Source of the DNA: an uncultured Deinococcaceae bacterium
GTDB lineage: Bacteria > Deinococcota > Deinococci > Deinococcales > Deinococcaceae
NCBI GenBank assembly: GCA_964252075.1
Contig: CAXULY010000007.1
Location: 96,001-160,000 of the forward strand
DNA length: 64,000 nt
Reading direction: 5' to 3'
Within the stretch, counting starts at the first letter, position 1. Each line of letters starts with the position of its first letter. The notes under the pieces are model-generated. The model had not been told where the DNA came from and did no database searches. It saw nothing but the letters and a program-made list of their open reading frames with translations. Shown one piece after another: positions 42,205 through 57,250 of the stretch. Both the position numbers and the translations under genes were made by a program.

Positions 42205-42999
42205 CTAGCGGGTGGGGGTGGCCTGCTGCGCCTCGCGCTGCAGCAGCCGGAAGAAGGCGCGTTCCAGTGAGGTCTCGTTCGTCTGCGCGAGCACCTCCGG
42301 CACCGTGCCGACCGTGAGGAGGCGCCCGTGGTCGATGATCGCGACGCGGTCGCAGACTTCCTCGGCCTCGCTCATGACGTGCGTGGAGTACAGCACCAGC
42401 TTGCCGGGCTGCCGGTACGCCAGCACGAAGTCCAGCAGCGCGCGGCGCGCCAGCACGTCCAGGCCGCTGGCGGCCTCGTCGAGGATCAGCACGGCGGGGT
42501 CGTGGATGACGGCGCGCGCGATCACGATCTTCTGCTTCATGCCGGTGCTGTACTCGGCGGCGCGGCGCTCCAGGGTGCCGCTGAGGTCCAGCAGGCCGTC
42601 CAGCACCGCGATGCGCGCGTCCACCGCGGCTTCCGGCATGCCGTACAGGCTCCCGAAGTACCGCAGGGTCTCGCGGCCCGTGAGGCGGTCGTAGAGGCCC
42701 ATACCGCCGTTCACCACGCCAATCACGCGGCGCACCGCTTCGGGTTCGCGCGTCACGTCGTGGCCCGCCACGACCGCGCGCCCGGCGGTGGGGCGCAGCA
42801 GCGTGGCGAGCGTGCGCAGCAGGGTGGTCTTGCCCGCGCCGTTCGGGCCGAGCAGGCCGTACACCTCACCGCCCGCGGCGCTCAGGGTGATGTCGTTGAG
42901 CGCCGCGAAGGCCCCGTAGCGCTTGGAGAGCTGCTGGATGTCCAGCATGAGGCCGGTGGTGGGCGGTGGAGCGCTGGTGACGTCGGGGCGTGCGTTCAC
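42205..42999 (-). CDS. ABC transporter ATP-binding protein (NatA-like)
   Basis: GPNGAGKTT, YSTGMKQK, ILDE, STH. Confidence 0.92.
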   Translation of the reverse strand: MNARPDVTSAPPPTTGLMLDIQQLSKRYGAFAALNDITLSAAGGEVYGLLGPNGAGKTTLLRTLATLLRPTAGRAVVAGHDVTREPEAVRRVIGVVNGGMGLYDRLTGRETLRYFGSLYGMPEAAVDARIAVLDGLLDLSGTLERRAAEYSTGMKQKIVIARAVIHDPAVLILDEAASGLDVLARRALLDFVLAYRQPGKLVLYSTHVMSEAEEVCDRVAIIDHGRLLTVGTVPEVLAQTNETSLERAFFRLLQREAQQATPTR

Positions 43000-43220
43000 A
43001 GGTGGACCTCCGGGGTGTCGTCCTGCACCGCGTCATCCTGGAAGATGTCCTCGATGCGCTGGTGGAACAACCGGGCGATGCGGAAGGCGAGCGGCAGGCT
43101 GGGGTCGTAGCGGCCCGTCTCGAGGGCGTTGATGGTCTGGCGGGAGACGTCCAGGCGGTCGGCGAGGTCCGCCTGCGTCCAGCCGCGCTGGGCGCGCAGC
43201 ACGCGGATCACGTTGTTCAT
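42996..43220 (-). CDS. XRE-family HTH transcriptional regulator
   Basis: LRAQRGWTQADLADRLDVSRQTINALETGRYDPSL. Confidence 0.92.
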   Translation of the reverse strand: MNNVIRVLRAQRGWTQADLADRLDVSRQTINALETGRYDPSLPLAFRIARLFHQRIEDIFQDDAVQDDTPEVHL

Positions 43221-43313
43221 GGTTGCGCTCCCTTCACGGATGGACGCCCGGACGTTCCCGGCAGGCCCATGCGCGGGCGGGGGTGACGGCGCACAAGGAG
43301 GCGGGGTGCGGGC

Positions 43314-43721
43314 TCACGCGGCGTCCCGTTCGCGGGTGGCGATCACGGCGGTCGCGACGCCCCAGCTCAGCATGCCGAAGACGTACACGGCCCACAGCGG
43401 CACCTGGAAACCCAGCGCGGCCTGCAGGGCGTAGGTGCAGGCGGTGGCGAGCATGGTGAGCAGGAAGGCGGCGCTGCCCGCGCGCTGGTGCAGGCGGCGC
43501 CCGTACTCGTCCATCTGGAGGTAGCCGCGCCAGAACATGACGGCGAGCGCGAGGGGCAGCACCAGCAGCAGGCCGCTGGTGAAGCCGTGCATGAAGCTGC
43601 TGCCGGTGCGGCGCGCCAGGACGCTGCTGATCAGGCCGAGCGCGGCAATGAGGAGGCTGCCGGCGAGACCGCCGAGCATGGCGGTGCGGATCTTCTGTTC
43701 TCTGCGGGACGGTCGGCTCAT
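43314..43721 (-). CDS. Hypothetical four-TM membrane protein
   Basis: Hydrophobic segments with MDEYGRRL motif; first gene of the XRE-ABC operon. Confidence 0.75.
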   Translation of the reverse strand: MSRPSRREQKIRTAMLGGLAGSLLIAALGLISSVLARRTGSSFMHGFTSGLLLVLPLALAVMFWRGYLQMDEYGRRLHQRAGSAAFLLTMLATACTYALQAALGFQVPLWAVYVFGMLSWGVATAVIATRERDAA

Positions 43722-43739
43722 GGTGACCCTCGTTTCTGT

Positions 43740-43799
43740 GTGACAAGTTCGCTTGACTCAAGGTAAAGCGAACTTGTCACCGTGTCAAGGGTGCTTGAC
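43740..43799. promoter_or_regulatory. Triple palindromic operator of the XRE-ABC operon
   Basis: GACAAG-N4-CTTGAC, GTAAAG-N4-CTTGTC and GTCAAG-N4-CTTGAC at exact 21-bp spacing. Confidence 0.65.
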
Positions 43800-43809
43800 C
43801 AGCGGGAGC

Positions 43810-43838
43810 AAAAAGAACGCCGGGCAACCCCGGCGTTC
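43810..43838 (-). terminator. Intrinsic terminator after divIVA
   Basis: GAACGCCGGG-CAAC-CCCGGCGTTC hairpin followed by T5 on the minus strand. Confidence 0.75.
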
Positions 43839-43850
43839 CCACACGATCCC

Positions 43851-44624
43851 TCAGACGAACTGCTGCTCCTCCACGCGCGGCGGCTCCGCATCCGCCGACG
43901 CCTCTGCCTGAATGGGCGGCAACGGCGCGTCCCCCAGCAGCAGGCTCCCCATCTCGTTCAGGCCCCGCCCGAGCGGGGCCTCATCCGGCAGCGCCTCCTC
44001 GGGCAGCGGGTGGCGCTGCGCCAGCTCCATGTAGCCCTGCACGAGCGCGCGGTGCTGACTCAGGAACTGCGCGTACTCGGCCCGCACGCGGCTCAGGGCG
44101 CTCAGCCACTCGTTGTGGCGGGCGTTGAAGCGCGCCTCGGCGTCCGCCATGCGCAGCGCGAGGCCGCGGTCCAGCTCGTGGTGCCGCTGCTGGAACTGCG
44201 CCTCCAGCGCCAGCATGCGCTCGCGGTGGCGCGCCTCCAGCTCCGCCGCGCGCGCCTGATGCCCCGCCTCCAGCGCCTGACGGCGCGCCTCGGTCTCGCT
44301 GCTCAGGCCGTCGGCGCGGTCCGTCGCCTCGCGCAGCAGCAGGTCCGCCTCGCGCTGCGCGTTCTGCTTCAGTTCATTCCCGATGCGTTCCGCCGCCACC
44401 ACCGTGCGGCGCAGCTCGTCTTCCGAGGCGCGGTACTCGTCGAGGCGCTTCTCCAGCTCCGACAGGCGCTCCTCCAGGGACCGGCGCTCACGCAGGGAAT
44501 CTTCCAGCTCTTCGGAGGCGCGCTCCAGAAACTCACGCACCTGGCGGCGCTGGTAGCCGGACAGGGCGCCCGAGAATTCCTGGTGGCGGAGGTCCAGAGG
44601 GGTCAGTTTCACGGTGTACTCCAT
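43851..44624 (-). CDS. divIVA: DivIVA domain protein
   Basis: [25 protein letters not shown] followed by coiled coil. Confidence 0.88.
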   Translation of the reverse strand: MEYTVKLTPLDLRHQEFSGALSGYQRRQVREFLERASEELEDSLRERRSLEERLSELEKRLDEYRASEDELRRTVVAAERIGNELKQNAQREADLLLREATDRADGLSSETEARRQALEAGHQARAAELEARHRERMLALEAQFQQRHHELDRGLALRMADAEARFNARHNEWLSALSRVRAEYAQFLSQHRALVQGYMELAQRHPLPEEALPDEAPLGRGLNEMGSLLLGDAPLPPIQAEASADAEPPRVEEQQFV

Positions 44625-45280
44625 TCTTCAGCGCGGGGCGCCGGCTCCGCGAACAGCAGCCGACCCACCCGCACCAGCGTCGCGCCGTGCGCGATGGCCA
44701 GCTCGAAATCGTCACTCATGCCCATGCTCAGCTCGGACAGCCCCAAGTCATCGGCACGCGCGCGCGTCTCAGCGAACACGCGTGACGCGGCCACCGCATC
44801 ATCGTGGGGCGCCATGACCATCAGCCCGCGTACCGTGAGGCCCATTTCGCTCACCTGATGGTACAACGCGCGCAGCGCCTCCGGCGCCACACCGTGCTTC
44901 TGCGGCTCACCGTTGTGCACCTGCAGCAGCAGCTCTGGCGCGCGCCCCCAGGTACCAGCGTACCGCGCCACCGCTTCTGCCTGCCACGCCGCCTCCACCG
45001 TGTGAATGAGCGTCACGGGCTGCAGGTACTTCACTTTGTTCGCCTGAAGGGGCCCGATGAAGTGCCACTCGGGCGCCGCGTCCGCGAGTTCGCGCGCCTT
45101 GTCGCGCAGTTCCTGACCGCGGTTCTCCGCGAGGGGAAACGCCCCCTGGGCCAGGATGCGCTCGCGGATGGCCGCCGCGCCCTGCCCCTTGCTGACCGCC
45201 ACGAGCTTCACGCTGCCCGGCGCGCGCCCCGCGCGCGCCTCCGCCGCCCGGATGCGCGAGATCACCCCGGTGAGGCTCAC
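44609..45280 (-). CDS. yggS: YggS family PLP homeostasis protein
   Basis: [44 protein letters not shown]. Confidence 0.93.
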   Translation of the reverse strand: MSLTGVISRIRAAEARAGRAPGSVKLVAVSKGQGAAAIRERILAQGAFPLAENRGQELRDKARELADAAPEWHFIGPLQANKVKYLQPVTLIHTVEAAWQAEAVARYAGTWGRAPELLLQVHNGEPQKHGVAPEALRALYHQVSEMGLTVRGLMVMAPHDDAVAASRVFAETRARADDLGLSELSMGMSDDFELAIAHGATLVRVGRLLFAEPAPRAEEWSTP

Positions 45281-45571
45281 GCGCCCCACCTCGTCCACAT
45301 CCGCTGCCCTGCGCTCACGGCCATCATCTTGGCGCCTGAGTGCAGCGCAGGCAAGTGACGCCTTCCTGACGCGTCTCCCCACGCAACTCATCACGCATTT
45401 ACGCGTGAAGGCACTTTACCCGTATCATCTTGAGCGGATGTTTGAAGGTTCATCCTCTGCTGGCGCGCTCGACCGAAAAAACAAATGCCCACGGCCTTGA
45501 TGGAGTTCCCGTCAAGTGCCGTTCACCTTTCTCAGTGCAATCATGGCGAACCTGACATTTTAGGAGGATGA

Positions 45572-48091
45572 ATGCGTAACCCCACAATGATCGGCCTGAC
45601 GGTCCTGCTCGCGGCGCCCGTCGCCTACGCGCAGCAGGCCGCGACCCTGCAGGACGTGAGCGTGCAGGGCACGACCGATCTGCTGGCGAACTACCTCAAG
45701 GTGAACCTGGGCGTGCAGCCCGGCGACGCCGTGTCGAGCGTGAACCTCAAGCAGGTCGAGCAGAACACCCTCGCGACCGGCTTCTTCAAGTCCGCGACCG
45801 CCGCCCTGAACGGCAACACGCTCGTCGTGACGGTCGTCGCGAACCCCACCATCACGAGCGTCACCACCAGCGGCATCACCTTCTTCGACCCGGAGAAGAT
45901 CAAGGCGGCGCTCTCCGACCGCCTGAACATCGCGCCCGGCACCACCCTGAACACCGCCCGCGTCGAGGAGAGCAAGCAACTCCTCGCGCAGTCCTACCGC
46001 GAGCAGGGCTACCCCTTCACGCCCGGCATCCGCGCGGACGTGAAGGAGGACGCGCAGGGCGCCACCGTCACGTACACCGTGGATGAGACCGCGCCGCTCG
46101 CGCAGGTGGCCGTCTCGGGCGCCACGCAGATCAGCGCGGACGTGATCCGCGCGGCCTTCCAGCCGCTCGTGGCGGCGAAGAAGTTCTCGCCGGACCTGTT
46201 CGAGCAGGCGCGCCAGACCATCGGTCAGGCGTACATCGACAAGGGCTACGTGTACACCACCGCGCAGGGCCAAGCACCCCTCGCGACGCTCGACACGCAG
46301 AACGCCACCCTGGACAAAGGCGTGCTGCGCCTGCGCATCCTGGAAACCAAAGTCGGGCAGGTGGACACCAGCGCGCTCGGGAACACCAGCACGCCCCTCA
46401 CCACCAAGACCGGCACGCTGCTGAACCAGAACGTGCTCGCCACCGACGTGCGCGCGCTCAGCAACGCGCTCGGCAAGCCCGTCAGCGTGCAGCTGCAGGA
46501 CAGCGGCACGCCCGGCGTGGCGAACGTGGCCTTCGCGATCTCCGACGCGCAGAGCGGCCCCATCAAGCAGATCCGCGTGGGCGGCAACACCGCCGTGAGT
46601 GCGGCGGACATCGCGAAGGTGCTGCAGGAACGCAGCGGCGACACCTTCAACCCGGACCTCGCCGCGCGCGATTACCTCGAGATCCGCAGGCTCTACAACG
46701 CGCGCGGGTACGAGATCTCCACACGCGAGCCCTTCGCCTTCCAGGACGGCGTGCTGACCTTCACGGTGCGCGAGGTGCGCGTGGCGCGCTACGCGCTCGA
46801 CTGGCAGGGCGGGCACGTCACGAAGGACCGCGTGATCACCCGCGAGCTGCCCGCCCCCGGCGCGCTCTTCAACAGTGGTGGGCTGCGCGACAGCCTGGGC
46901 CGCGTGTTCAGCCTGGGCCTCGTGAAGCCCGCGGACGGCACGTCCGGCGTCACCACGCGCGCCGACGACCCCAACCGCCCCGAGGACCTCACGGTGGTGC
47001 TGCAACTCACGGAGCAGCGCAGCGGCGTGTTCTCGCCCGCCATCAGTTACGACACCATCAACGGACTGTCGGGCAGCCTGTCCGTCTCCACCAACAACCT
47101 CTTCGGCCTCGCGCACAGCGCCGGGCTGGAGGTCAGCGCGCAGCAGAACGACGCGCGGCAGGTGCTGGCGGGCAGCGCCACGTACACCATCCCGTGGATC
47201 GACATTGACTTCCTGGACTTCCGGCGCGTGCGCACCTCGGTCTCCGCGAGCGTGTACAGCAACGTGACGGGCAACCAGCAGATCACCGACCCGAACAACA
47301 ACGAGGCCACCACCGGGCGCGAGTTCACCACGCGCAGCACCGGCGCGAGCGTCACGCTGGGCCGTCAGCTCACGGGCAGCCTGGGCCTCAGCGCGTCCAT
47401 CGGCACGCAGTACGACCAGAACTTCCTGGAGCCCAAGACCAAGGGGCAGGAAGCCGCACCGGACGACGCCGCCGTGAGCGCCCTGGTGCCTGCCGACGCG
47501 CTTACCACCGTGATCGGCACGCGCCTGAACTTCGACAACTCGAACTTCGCGGACTTCCCTACGCGCGGCGTGCGCGCCAGCGTGGGCGCCAGCTACGGCT
47601 TCGGGCACGAGGGCAGCACCCCCCTCTCCTGGGAGCAGCTCGACGCGGGCGCCAGCACCTACCTCGGGCTGGGCCGCACGCTGGAGACTGGCAACCAGCA
47701 GCAGGCCATCGCGTTTCGCGTGAACGCCGGCACCATCCTGGGCGCCGCGCCCGAGACGCGCATCTTCCGGGTGGGCGGCAGCACCCCCACCGAGGCGTAC
47801 AACCTCAAGGGCTACGACTCGGACGCCTTCCGCGGCACGAACTTCTTCACGGCCGCCGCCGAGTACCGCTACAACTTCAACCTGAGCGCCAGCATCATCA
47901 ACGGCCTGTACGGCCTGGCGTTCGTGAACGCCGGTGACGCCTGGACGCGCGGCAGCGACTTCAACGTGAACATCGGGTACGGCATCGGCGTGCAGGCGAA
48001 CCTCCTGCAGTTCCCGCTGCGCTTCGATTACTCCTTCAGCCCCGTGAACCCCGGCGGGAAGTTCACCTTCTCCCTCACCCGCCTCTTCTAA
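45572..48091 (+). CDS. Omp85/BamA family outer-membrane protein
   Basis: Signal peptide, POTRA-like repeats, beta-barrel C-terminus (LKGY, AEYRY, GYGIG, terminal F). Confidence 0.88.
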   Translation: MRNPTMIGLTVLLAAPVAYAQQAATLQDVSVQGTTDLLANYLKVNLGVQPGDAVSSVNLKQVEQNTLATGFFKSATAALNGNTLVVTVVANPTITSVTTSGITFFDPEKIKAALSDRLNIAPGTTLNTARVEESKQLLAQSYREQGYPFTPGIRADVKEDAQGATVTYTVDETAPLAQVAVSGATQISADVIRAAFQPLVAAKKFSPDLFEQARQTIGQAYIDKGYVYTTAQGQAPLATLDTQNATLDKGVLRLRILETKVGQVDTSALGNTSTPLTTKTGTLLNQNVLATDVRALSNALGKPVSVQLQDSGTPGVANVAFAISDAQSGPIKQIRVGGNTAVSAADIAKVLQERSGDTFNPDLAARDYLEIRRLYNARGYEISTREPFAFQDGVLTFTVREVRVARYALDWQGGHVTKDRVITRELPAPGALFNSGGLRDSLGRVFSLGLVKPADGTSGVTTRADDPNRPEDLTVVLQLTEQRSGVFSPAISYDTINGLSGSLSVSTNNLFGLAHSAGLEVSAQQNDARQVLAGSATYTIPWIDIDFLDFRRVRTSVSASVYSNVTGNQQITDPNNNEATTGREFTTRSTGASVTLGRQLTGSLGLSASIGTQYDQNFLEPKTKGQEAAPDDAAVSALVPADALTTVIGTRLNFDNSNFADFPTRGVRASVGASYGFGHEGSTPLSWEQLDAGASTYLGLGRTLETGNQQQAIAFRVNAGTILGAAPETRIFRVGGSTPTEAYNLKGYDSDAFRGTNFFTAAAEYRYNFNLSASIINGLYGLAFVNAGDAWTRGSDFNVNIGYGIGVQANLLQFPLRFDYSFSPVNPGGKFTFSLTRLF

Positions 48092-48135
48092 ACCTGTGGG
48101 AGGGGCGCACCCCTCCCCCACCCGCGGCGGCCCAT

Positions 48136-48558
48136 TCAGAGGGCCGTCGCGTTCGTTTCGTCCTCGGTGTTCACCATGTGCGCCGCGACGCGCGCGAGGG
48201 TCGCGTAGTACTCCGCGGCGGTCGCGCGGTCAATCTCGGGCGTGTCGTTCAGCGCGGCCTTCATGCACGCCAGCCACGCGCGCGCGCGGGTGGGCGTCAC
48301 GGGGAAGCGCAGGTGCCGCGCGCGCAGCATGGGGTGCCCGTAACGCTCGTGGTACAGCGGCGGGCCGCCCGTGAGGCCGCTCATGAACGCGAACTGCTTC
48401 TCCAGCGTCTCGGCCCACAGGCTGGGGTCGTGCGTGCCGGGAAAAATCGGCGCGAGGTCCGGGTCGTCCTTCACGCGCGCGTAGAAGCGCGTGAGGAGCG
48501 CCCGCAGGTGCTCCGGGCCAATGCGGTCGTACAGGCTGCCACCCTCGGTGAGTTGCAT
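48136..48558 (-). CDS. Group II truncated hemoglobin
   Basis: SLYDRIG, FYARV, GGPPLY..RYGHPMLRARHLRF, AHMVN. Confidence 0.92.
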   Translation of the reverse strand: MQLTEGGSLYDRIGPEHLRALLTRFYARVKDDPDLAPIFPGTHDPSLWAETLEKQFAFMSGLTGGPPLYHERYGHPMLRARHLRFPVTPTRARAWLACMKAALNDTPEIDRATAAEYYATLARVAAHMVNTEDETNATAL

Positions 48559-48596
48559 GCCGGACAGGCTAGAGGGTCGGCGGGCGCCTCACCGGG

Positions 48597-49214
48597 TTAC
48601 GCCTCCCTTTGCGCCGCCTCCCGCACGGGGCGGTAACTGCGGCGGTGCGCGGGGCTCACGCCGAGCCGCGCGAGGGCCGCGCGGTGCGCGGGCGCGCCGT
48701 AGCCCTTGTGCGTCGCGAAGCCGTACCCGGGATACTGGCGGTCCAGCTCGGTCATGATGCGGTCACGCTCAGTCTTCGCGAGGATACTCGCGGCGGCCAC
48801 CGTGAAGCTCAGCGCGTCCGCGCGGGCGGGCGCCAGCAGCGGCAGGTCCGTCGCGAGCCGCAGGTAATCCGTGACGAGGCCCTGCGGCGGGGGGTCCAGG
48901 CGCGCGATGGCGCGCAGCGCGGCGGCCCGCGTGGCTTCCAGCACGTTCAGGCGGTCCACCTCCTCGGGCGGCGCGTGCTCCACCGCCCACGCGAGGGCGT
49001 GCGCGCGCACGTGCGCGGCGAGCACCTCCCGGCGCGCGGGGCTGAGTTCCTTGCTGTCGCGGTACGGCGGGTCCGGCAGCGTCGCGGGCAGGATGACCGC
49101 CGCGACCGTCACGGGGCCCGCCCACGCGCCGCGCCCCGCCTCGTCCACCCCGCCGACGCGCAGCGCGCCGCGCGCGCGCAGCTGCCGCTCGAAACTCCAG
49201 TCGGGGGTGGTCAT
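48597..49214 (-). CDS. rnhB: Ribonuclease HII
   Basis: GVDEAGRGAWAGPV, RDSKEL, AAASILAK, HKGYG. Confidence 0.95.
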   Translation of the reverse strand: MTTPDWSFERQLRARGALRVGGVDEAGRGAWAGPVTVAAVILPATLPDPPYRDSKELSPARREVLAAHVRAHALAWAVEHAPPEEVDRLNVLEATRAAALRAIARLDPPPQGLVTDYLRLATDLPLLAPARADALSFTVAAASILAKTERDRIMTELDRQYPGYGFATHKGYGAPAHRAALARLGVSPAHRRSYRPVREAAQREA

Positions 49215-49254
49215 GCGAGGGAGTGTAGCGTGGGCGCGCTACACTGCCCGCGAC

Positions 49255-50355
49255 ATGGGGTACTTCGATGTGCTGCCCGCGCGCCTGCCGCCCCGCCTGG
49301 ACCGCCTGAGGGTGCTCACCAAGTCCGGCGTGCGCGGCGCGCCGGGCGTGGATGACGCACAACTGCTGCTCGCGCAGACCCTGCAGAAGGAACGGGTGCG
49401 CGGCGACCTGCTGGACCTGACCGCCATGGGGGGCCTCATCGCGGCGCTGCCGGGCCTGAACGTGCGCGCTGTGGAGGGCTCCGCGCCCGCCCTGGCGGTC
49501 CTCACCGCGGCGGGCCTGGAGCCGCTGGCGGCCGCGCCGGGCGACGACCTGGAGCGCCACGCCCTGGTGACCCTGACGCTCGCCGCGGACCGCGGGAACG
49601 CCTACGCGGAAGCGCAGGTGGCGTGGGCCCACGCCTGCACCCGCCCCGGCGGCACGCTGTTCCTCGCAGGCGACAAGGACAAGGGCTACGAGCGCTACCT
49701 GCGCCGCGCGGCGGGGCTCTTCGGGGCGGGCGAGGTGATCGCGCGCGACGGCGGCATGCGCGTCGCGGCCATCACGCGCCGCCCCGGTCAGACGCCCCCG
49801 CAGCCCGCGCCGGACCGCTACGAGACGCGCGGCCTGAACGTGGTGGGCCTCCCCGGCGTGTTCAGCGCCGGCAAACTCGATAAAGCCACGGACCTGCTGC
49901 TGGACACCCTGCAGGAGCGCGACCTCACGGGCCGCGCGGTGCTGGACCTGGGGTGCGGCTCGGGCGTCCTGGGCGCCTGGGCGGCCCAGCAGGGCGCGCA
50001 CGCCACGCTGCTCGACGCGGACCTGCAGAGCGTGCGCAGCGCGCGCGCCACCCTGGACGCGAACGGCCTGACGGGCGACGTGCGGCACTCCGACGTGGAC
50101 GCCGCCCTGCCCGCCGAGGCGCGCTTCGACCTCATCGTGACGAACCCGCCCTTCCACGTGGGGCGCGGCGTGGTGCTGGACGTGGGCGAGGAGTTCATCG
50201 CGGCGGCCGGGCGTCACCTCGCGCCCGGCGGGGAACTGCGGCTCGTCGCGAACGATTTCCTGCCGTACGAGGCGCACCTCGCGCGCCTTGGGGTGGCGCG
50301 CGAGGTGGCGCGCGAGCGCGGCTTCAAGGTGCTGTCCGTGGTCGCGCCCGCATGA
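49255..50355 (+). CDS. RsmC-like SAM-dependent methyltransferase (MTS)
   Basis: PGVFSAGKLD, VLDLGCGSG, IVTNPPFH, LVAN.FLPY. Confidence 0.88.
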   Translation: MGYFDVLPARLPPRLDRLRVLTKSGVRGAPGVDDAQLLLAQTLQKERVRGDLLDLTAMGGLIAALPGLNVRAVEGSAPALAVLTAAGLEPLAAAPGDDLERHALVTLTLAADRGNAYAEAQVAWAHACTRPGGTLFLAGDKDKGYERYLRRAAGLFGAGEVIARDGGMRVAAITRRPGQTPPQPAPDRYETRGLNVVGLPGVFSAGKLDKATDLLLDTLQERDLTGRAVLDLGCGSGVLGAWAAQQGAHATLLDADLQSVRSARATLDANGLTGDVRHSDVDAALPAEARFDLIVTNPPFHVGRGVVLDVGEEFIAAAGRHLAPGGELRLVANDFLPYEAHLARLGVAREVARERGFKVLSVVAPA

Positions 50356-50537
50356 GCCATCTGGCGGAGGTCGCGGCGCCCGACCGCCTGCAGGACGCAC
50401 CCCAGCGCCCGAGCGGGCCAGCCCCTGACCCCATCGGTGAGGTGAGCCGTGGCGCGCTGCGCGCCGTTTGCTAGACTGGCCGACATTGTCACAGACCGCC
50501 CGCCACACAGCCCAGCACCGCACCGCGTGGAGTGAGC

Positions 50538-51995
<1,458 letters not shown>

Positions 51996-52008
51996 GCTCC
52001 CAGCGTGC

Positions 52009-52035
52009 AGGGGCGGCCCGCGGTGGGCCGCCCCT
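52009..52035 (+). terminator. Hairpin terminator after rpoD
   Basis: AGGGGCGGCCC-GCGGT-GGGCCGCCCCT followed by a pyrimidine run. Confidence 0.65.
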
Positions 52036-52091
52036 TCCCTTTGCGCTGCCCGTTACCGTCGCGCTTCACGCCACGCCGCACACTGGCGCTC

Positions 52092-53012
52092 ATGCGAGCC
52101 ATGATCAATCGGCACACCGGCGAACCGGACGTCTTCGAGCTGGCGGACCTCCCCACGCCCACCCCCCAGGCGGGCGAGGTGCTGGTGCGCGTCCACGCCG
52201 CGAGCGTGAACCCCGTGGACTTCAAGCAGCGGCGCAGCAACGGCTTCCAGTACCCCTTCCCCATCATCCTCGGGTGGGACGTGGCGGGCACCGTGGAGGC
52301 CGTCGGTGAGGGCGTCACGCGCCTGAAGGTGGGGGACGCGGTGTTCGGCATGGTGCGCTTCCCGAAACAGGGCCGCGCGTACGCGGAGTACGTCACCGCG
52401 CCCGAAACGGACCTCGCGGTGAAGCCCGAGGGCATGAGCTTCACGGACGCCGCCGCCACCACCCTCGCGGCGCTCACCGCGCGGCAGGCGCTGGAACACA
52501 TGAACCTGCAGGCGGGGCAGACGCTGCTCGTGCAGGCGGCGGCGGGCGGCGTGGGGCACTACGCGGTGCAGCTCGCGAAGGCGCGCGGCGCGCGCGTGAT
52601 CGGTACGGCGTCCGGCGCGAACCGCGACTTCGTGCTGGGCCTCGGCGCGGACGAGTTCGTGGATTACACCGCCGGTCCCTTCGAGGACGCAGTGGGGCAG
52701 GTGGACGCGGTGCTGGACGCGGTGGGCGGCGAGACCTTCACCCGCAGTTACGCCGTCGTGAAACCGGGCGGGTGGCTGGTGACCATCGCCGCGACGCTCA
52801 AACCGGCGGAGGCGCCCCGCACGGACATCCACGCGGAGCGCATCCTCGTGAAGCCCAGCCACACGGACCTGGAGTTGCTCGCGCGGCTGTTCGAGGCGGG
52901 CCAGCTCCGCCCGCACGTGAGCCGCACCTTCCCGCTGGAGCAGGTGGCGGACGCGCACCGCCTGCTGGAGGACCGCCACGTGGTCGGCAAGGTGGTGCTG
53001 GACGTCGGGTGA
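52092..53012 (+). CDS. NADPH:quinone oxidoreductase (MDR family)
   Basis: VHAASVNPVD, GWDVAG, AAAGGVG, GKVVL. Confidence 0.92.
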   Translation: MRAMINRHTGEPDVFELADLPTPTPQAGEVLVRVHAASVNPVDFKQRRSNGFQYPFPIILGWDVAGTVEAVGEGVTRLKVGDAVFGMVRFPKQGRAYAEYVTAPETDLAVKPEGMSFTDAAATTLAALTARQALEHMNLQAGQTLLVQAAAGGVGHYAVQLAKARGARVIGTASGANRDFVLGLGADEFVDYTAGPFEDAVGQVDAVLDAVGGETFTRSYAVVKPGGWLVTIAATLKPAEAPRTDIHAERILVKPSHTDLELLARLFEAGQLRPHVSRTFPLEQVADAHRLLEDRHVVGKVVLDVG

Positions 53013-53608
53013 GGCGCCGGGCGCTGGCGCTGCTGCTGGGTGTGCTGGGGGCCGCGAGCGCCGCCACCCTCGCCCAGCAGGTGCGGCTGTGGGCGTGGCC
53101 GTGGTCGGACGTTGAGTCCCTGCGCTCCGGCGCGGTCAGGCTGGTGCGTGAGCCGACCAGCTGGGCCTTCCGGCTCACGCACGTGCTGGACGCGCGGACG
53201 GGGCGGGAGCTGGCTGTGAGTCGGGGCGACACGGTGTTCGATCTGGAATGCGGCCCGATCGCGGTCCCGTACTGCCTGAATGACCGGACTGTGGTGGTGG
53301 ACCGTGTGCACGACCTCGAAGTCACGGTGGAGCACCGCGAGTTCGTGGTGCCCGAGGTGGACCGCTGCGTGCACCACGACGGCTACCTTCTCATGCACTC
53401 GCGCCACACCCGACGCACGCTGGAATACCTCTTCCAGGCGTCACGCGGCTGGGTGTACGCCCGCTATGACTGGAATGCCCGAAACGCCCGGTTGCCGTGC
53501 AGGTGCAGCACACAGACAGTTGGCCCGCCCGACCCTGAGCGTCACTCCTCCCAGACGTTCACGGATGGCAGGCCGCGCTCGGCCCACGCGCGGTCCATGA
53601 TCTCCTGA
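53009..53608 (+). CDS. Hypothetical exported protein
   Basis: GTG overlaps the upstream stop; signal-peptide-like N-terminus; 3' end overlaps the convergent GrpB-family gene. Confidence 0.5.
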   Translation: MRRRALALLLGVLGAASAATLAQQVRLWAWPWSDVESLRSGAVRLVREPTSWAFRLTHVLDARTGRELAVSRGDTVFDLECGPIAVPYCLNDRTVVVDRVHDLEVTVEHREFVVPEVDRCVHHDGYLLMHSRHTRRTLEYLFQASRGWVYARYDWNARNARLPCRCSTQTVGPPDPERHSSQTFTDGRPRSAHARSMIS

Positions 53609-54072
53609 ATGAGGGCGGTCTTGGCGCGCGTGTACCCCAGCCCGTCGTGGCGGTACCCAAGCGCCAGCCCGTCCTTCAGGGCGCCGTAGCGCCGCGCGTC
53701 CTCGGGGTGCGCGCGCAGGTGGTCGCGCATCAGGCGCTCCTTGCGGGTGGGCCAGCTGTCATGCCCGACGACGTGCAGGTGGACGGTGGGTGAGCCGGGC
53801 CGCCGCAGGAACAGACGCTGCGGCATGCCCGCGTCAATCAGCGCGAAGCTCAGCTCGGTCAGGCGCGCCACGAGGTCACCCGTCTCCTCGATGTCCGGCA
53901 CCGCCGCCATGATGTCGATGATGGGTTTGGCCTGCAGGCCCGGCACGGCGGTGCTGCCGACGTGCTCGACCTCCACGAACGCGGCGCCGACCGCGTGGTG
54001 CAGGCGCTCGCGCTCGGCCTCGTACTGCGCGGGCCACGCGGGGTCATAGGGAACAACCTGAATCTCGTCCAT
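53542..54072 (-). CDS. GrpB/UPF0157 family nucleotidyltransferase-like protein
   Basis: YDPAWP, EHVGSTAVPGL.AKPIIDI, HLHV, RDHLR, YTRAKT. Confidence 0.92.
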   Translation of the reverse strand: MDEIQVVPYDPAWPAQYEAERERLHHAVGAAFVEVEHVGSTAVPGLQAKPIIDIMAAVPDIEETGDLVARLTELSFALIDAGMPQRLFLRRPGSPTVHLHVVGHDSWPTRKERLMRDHLRAHPEDARRYGALKDGLALGYRHDGLGYTRAKTALIQEIMDRAWAERGLPSVNVWEE

Positions 54073-54075
54073 GGT

Positions 54076-57168
<3,093 letters not shown>

Positions 57169-57250
57169 ACAGGCCATTCTAGCCGGGCACCGTGAGCGGC
57201 GACAGGCGCGGATTACTTAGGGAAAGGGGCCGGGTGAGCGGCCCCTTCCT

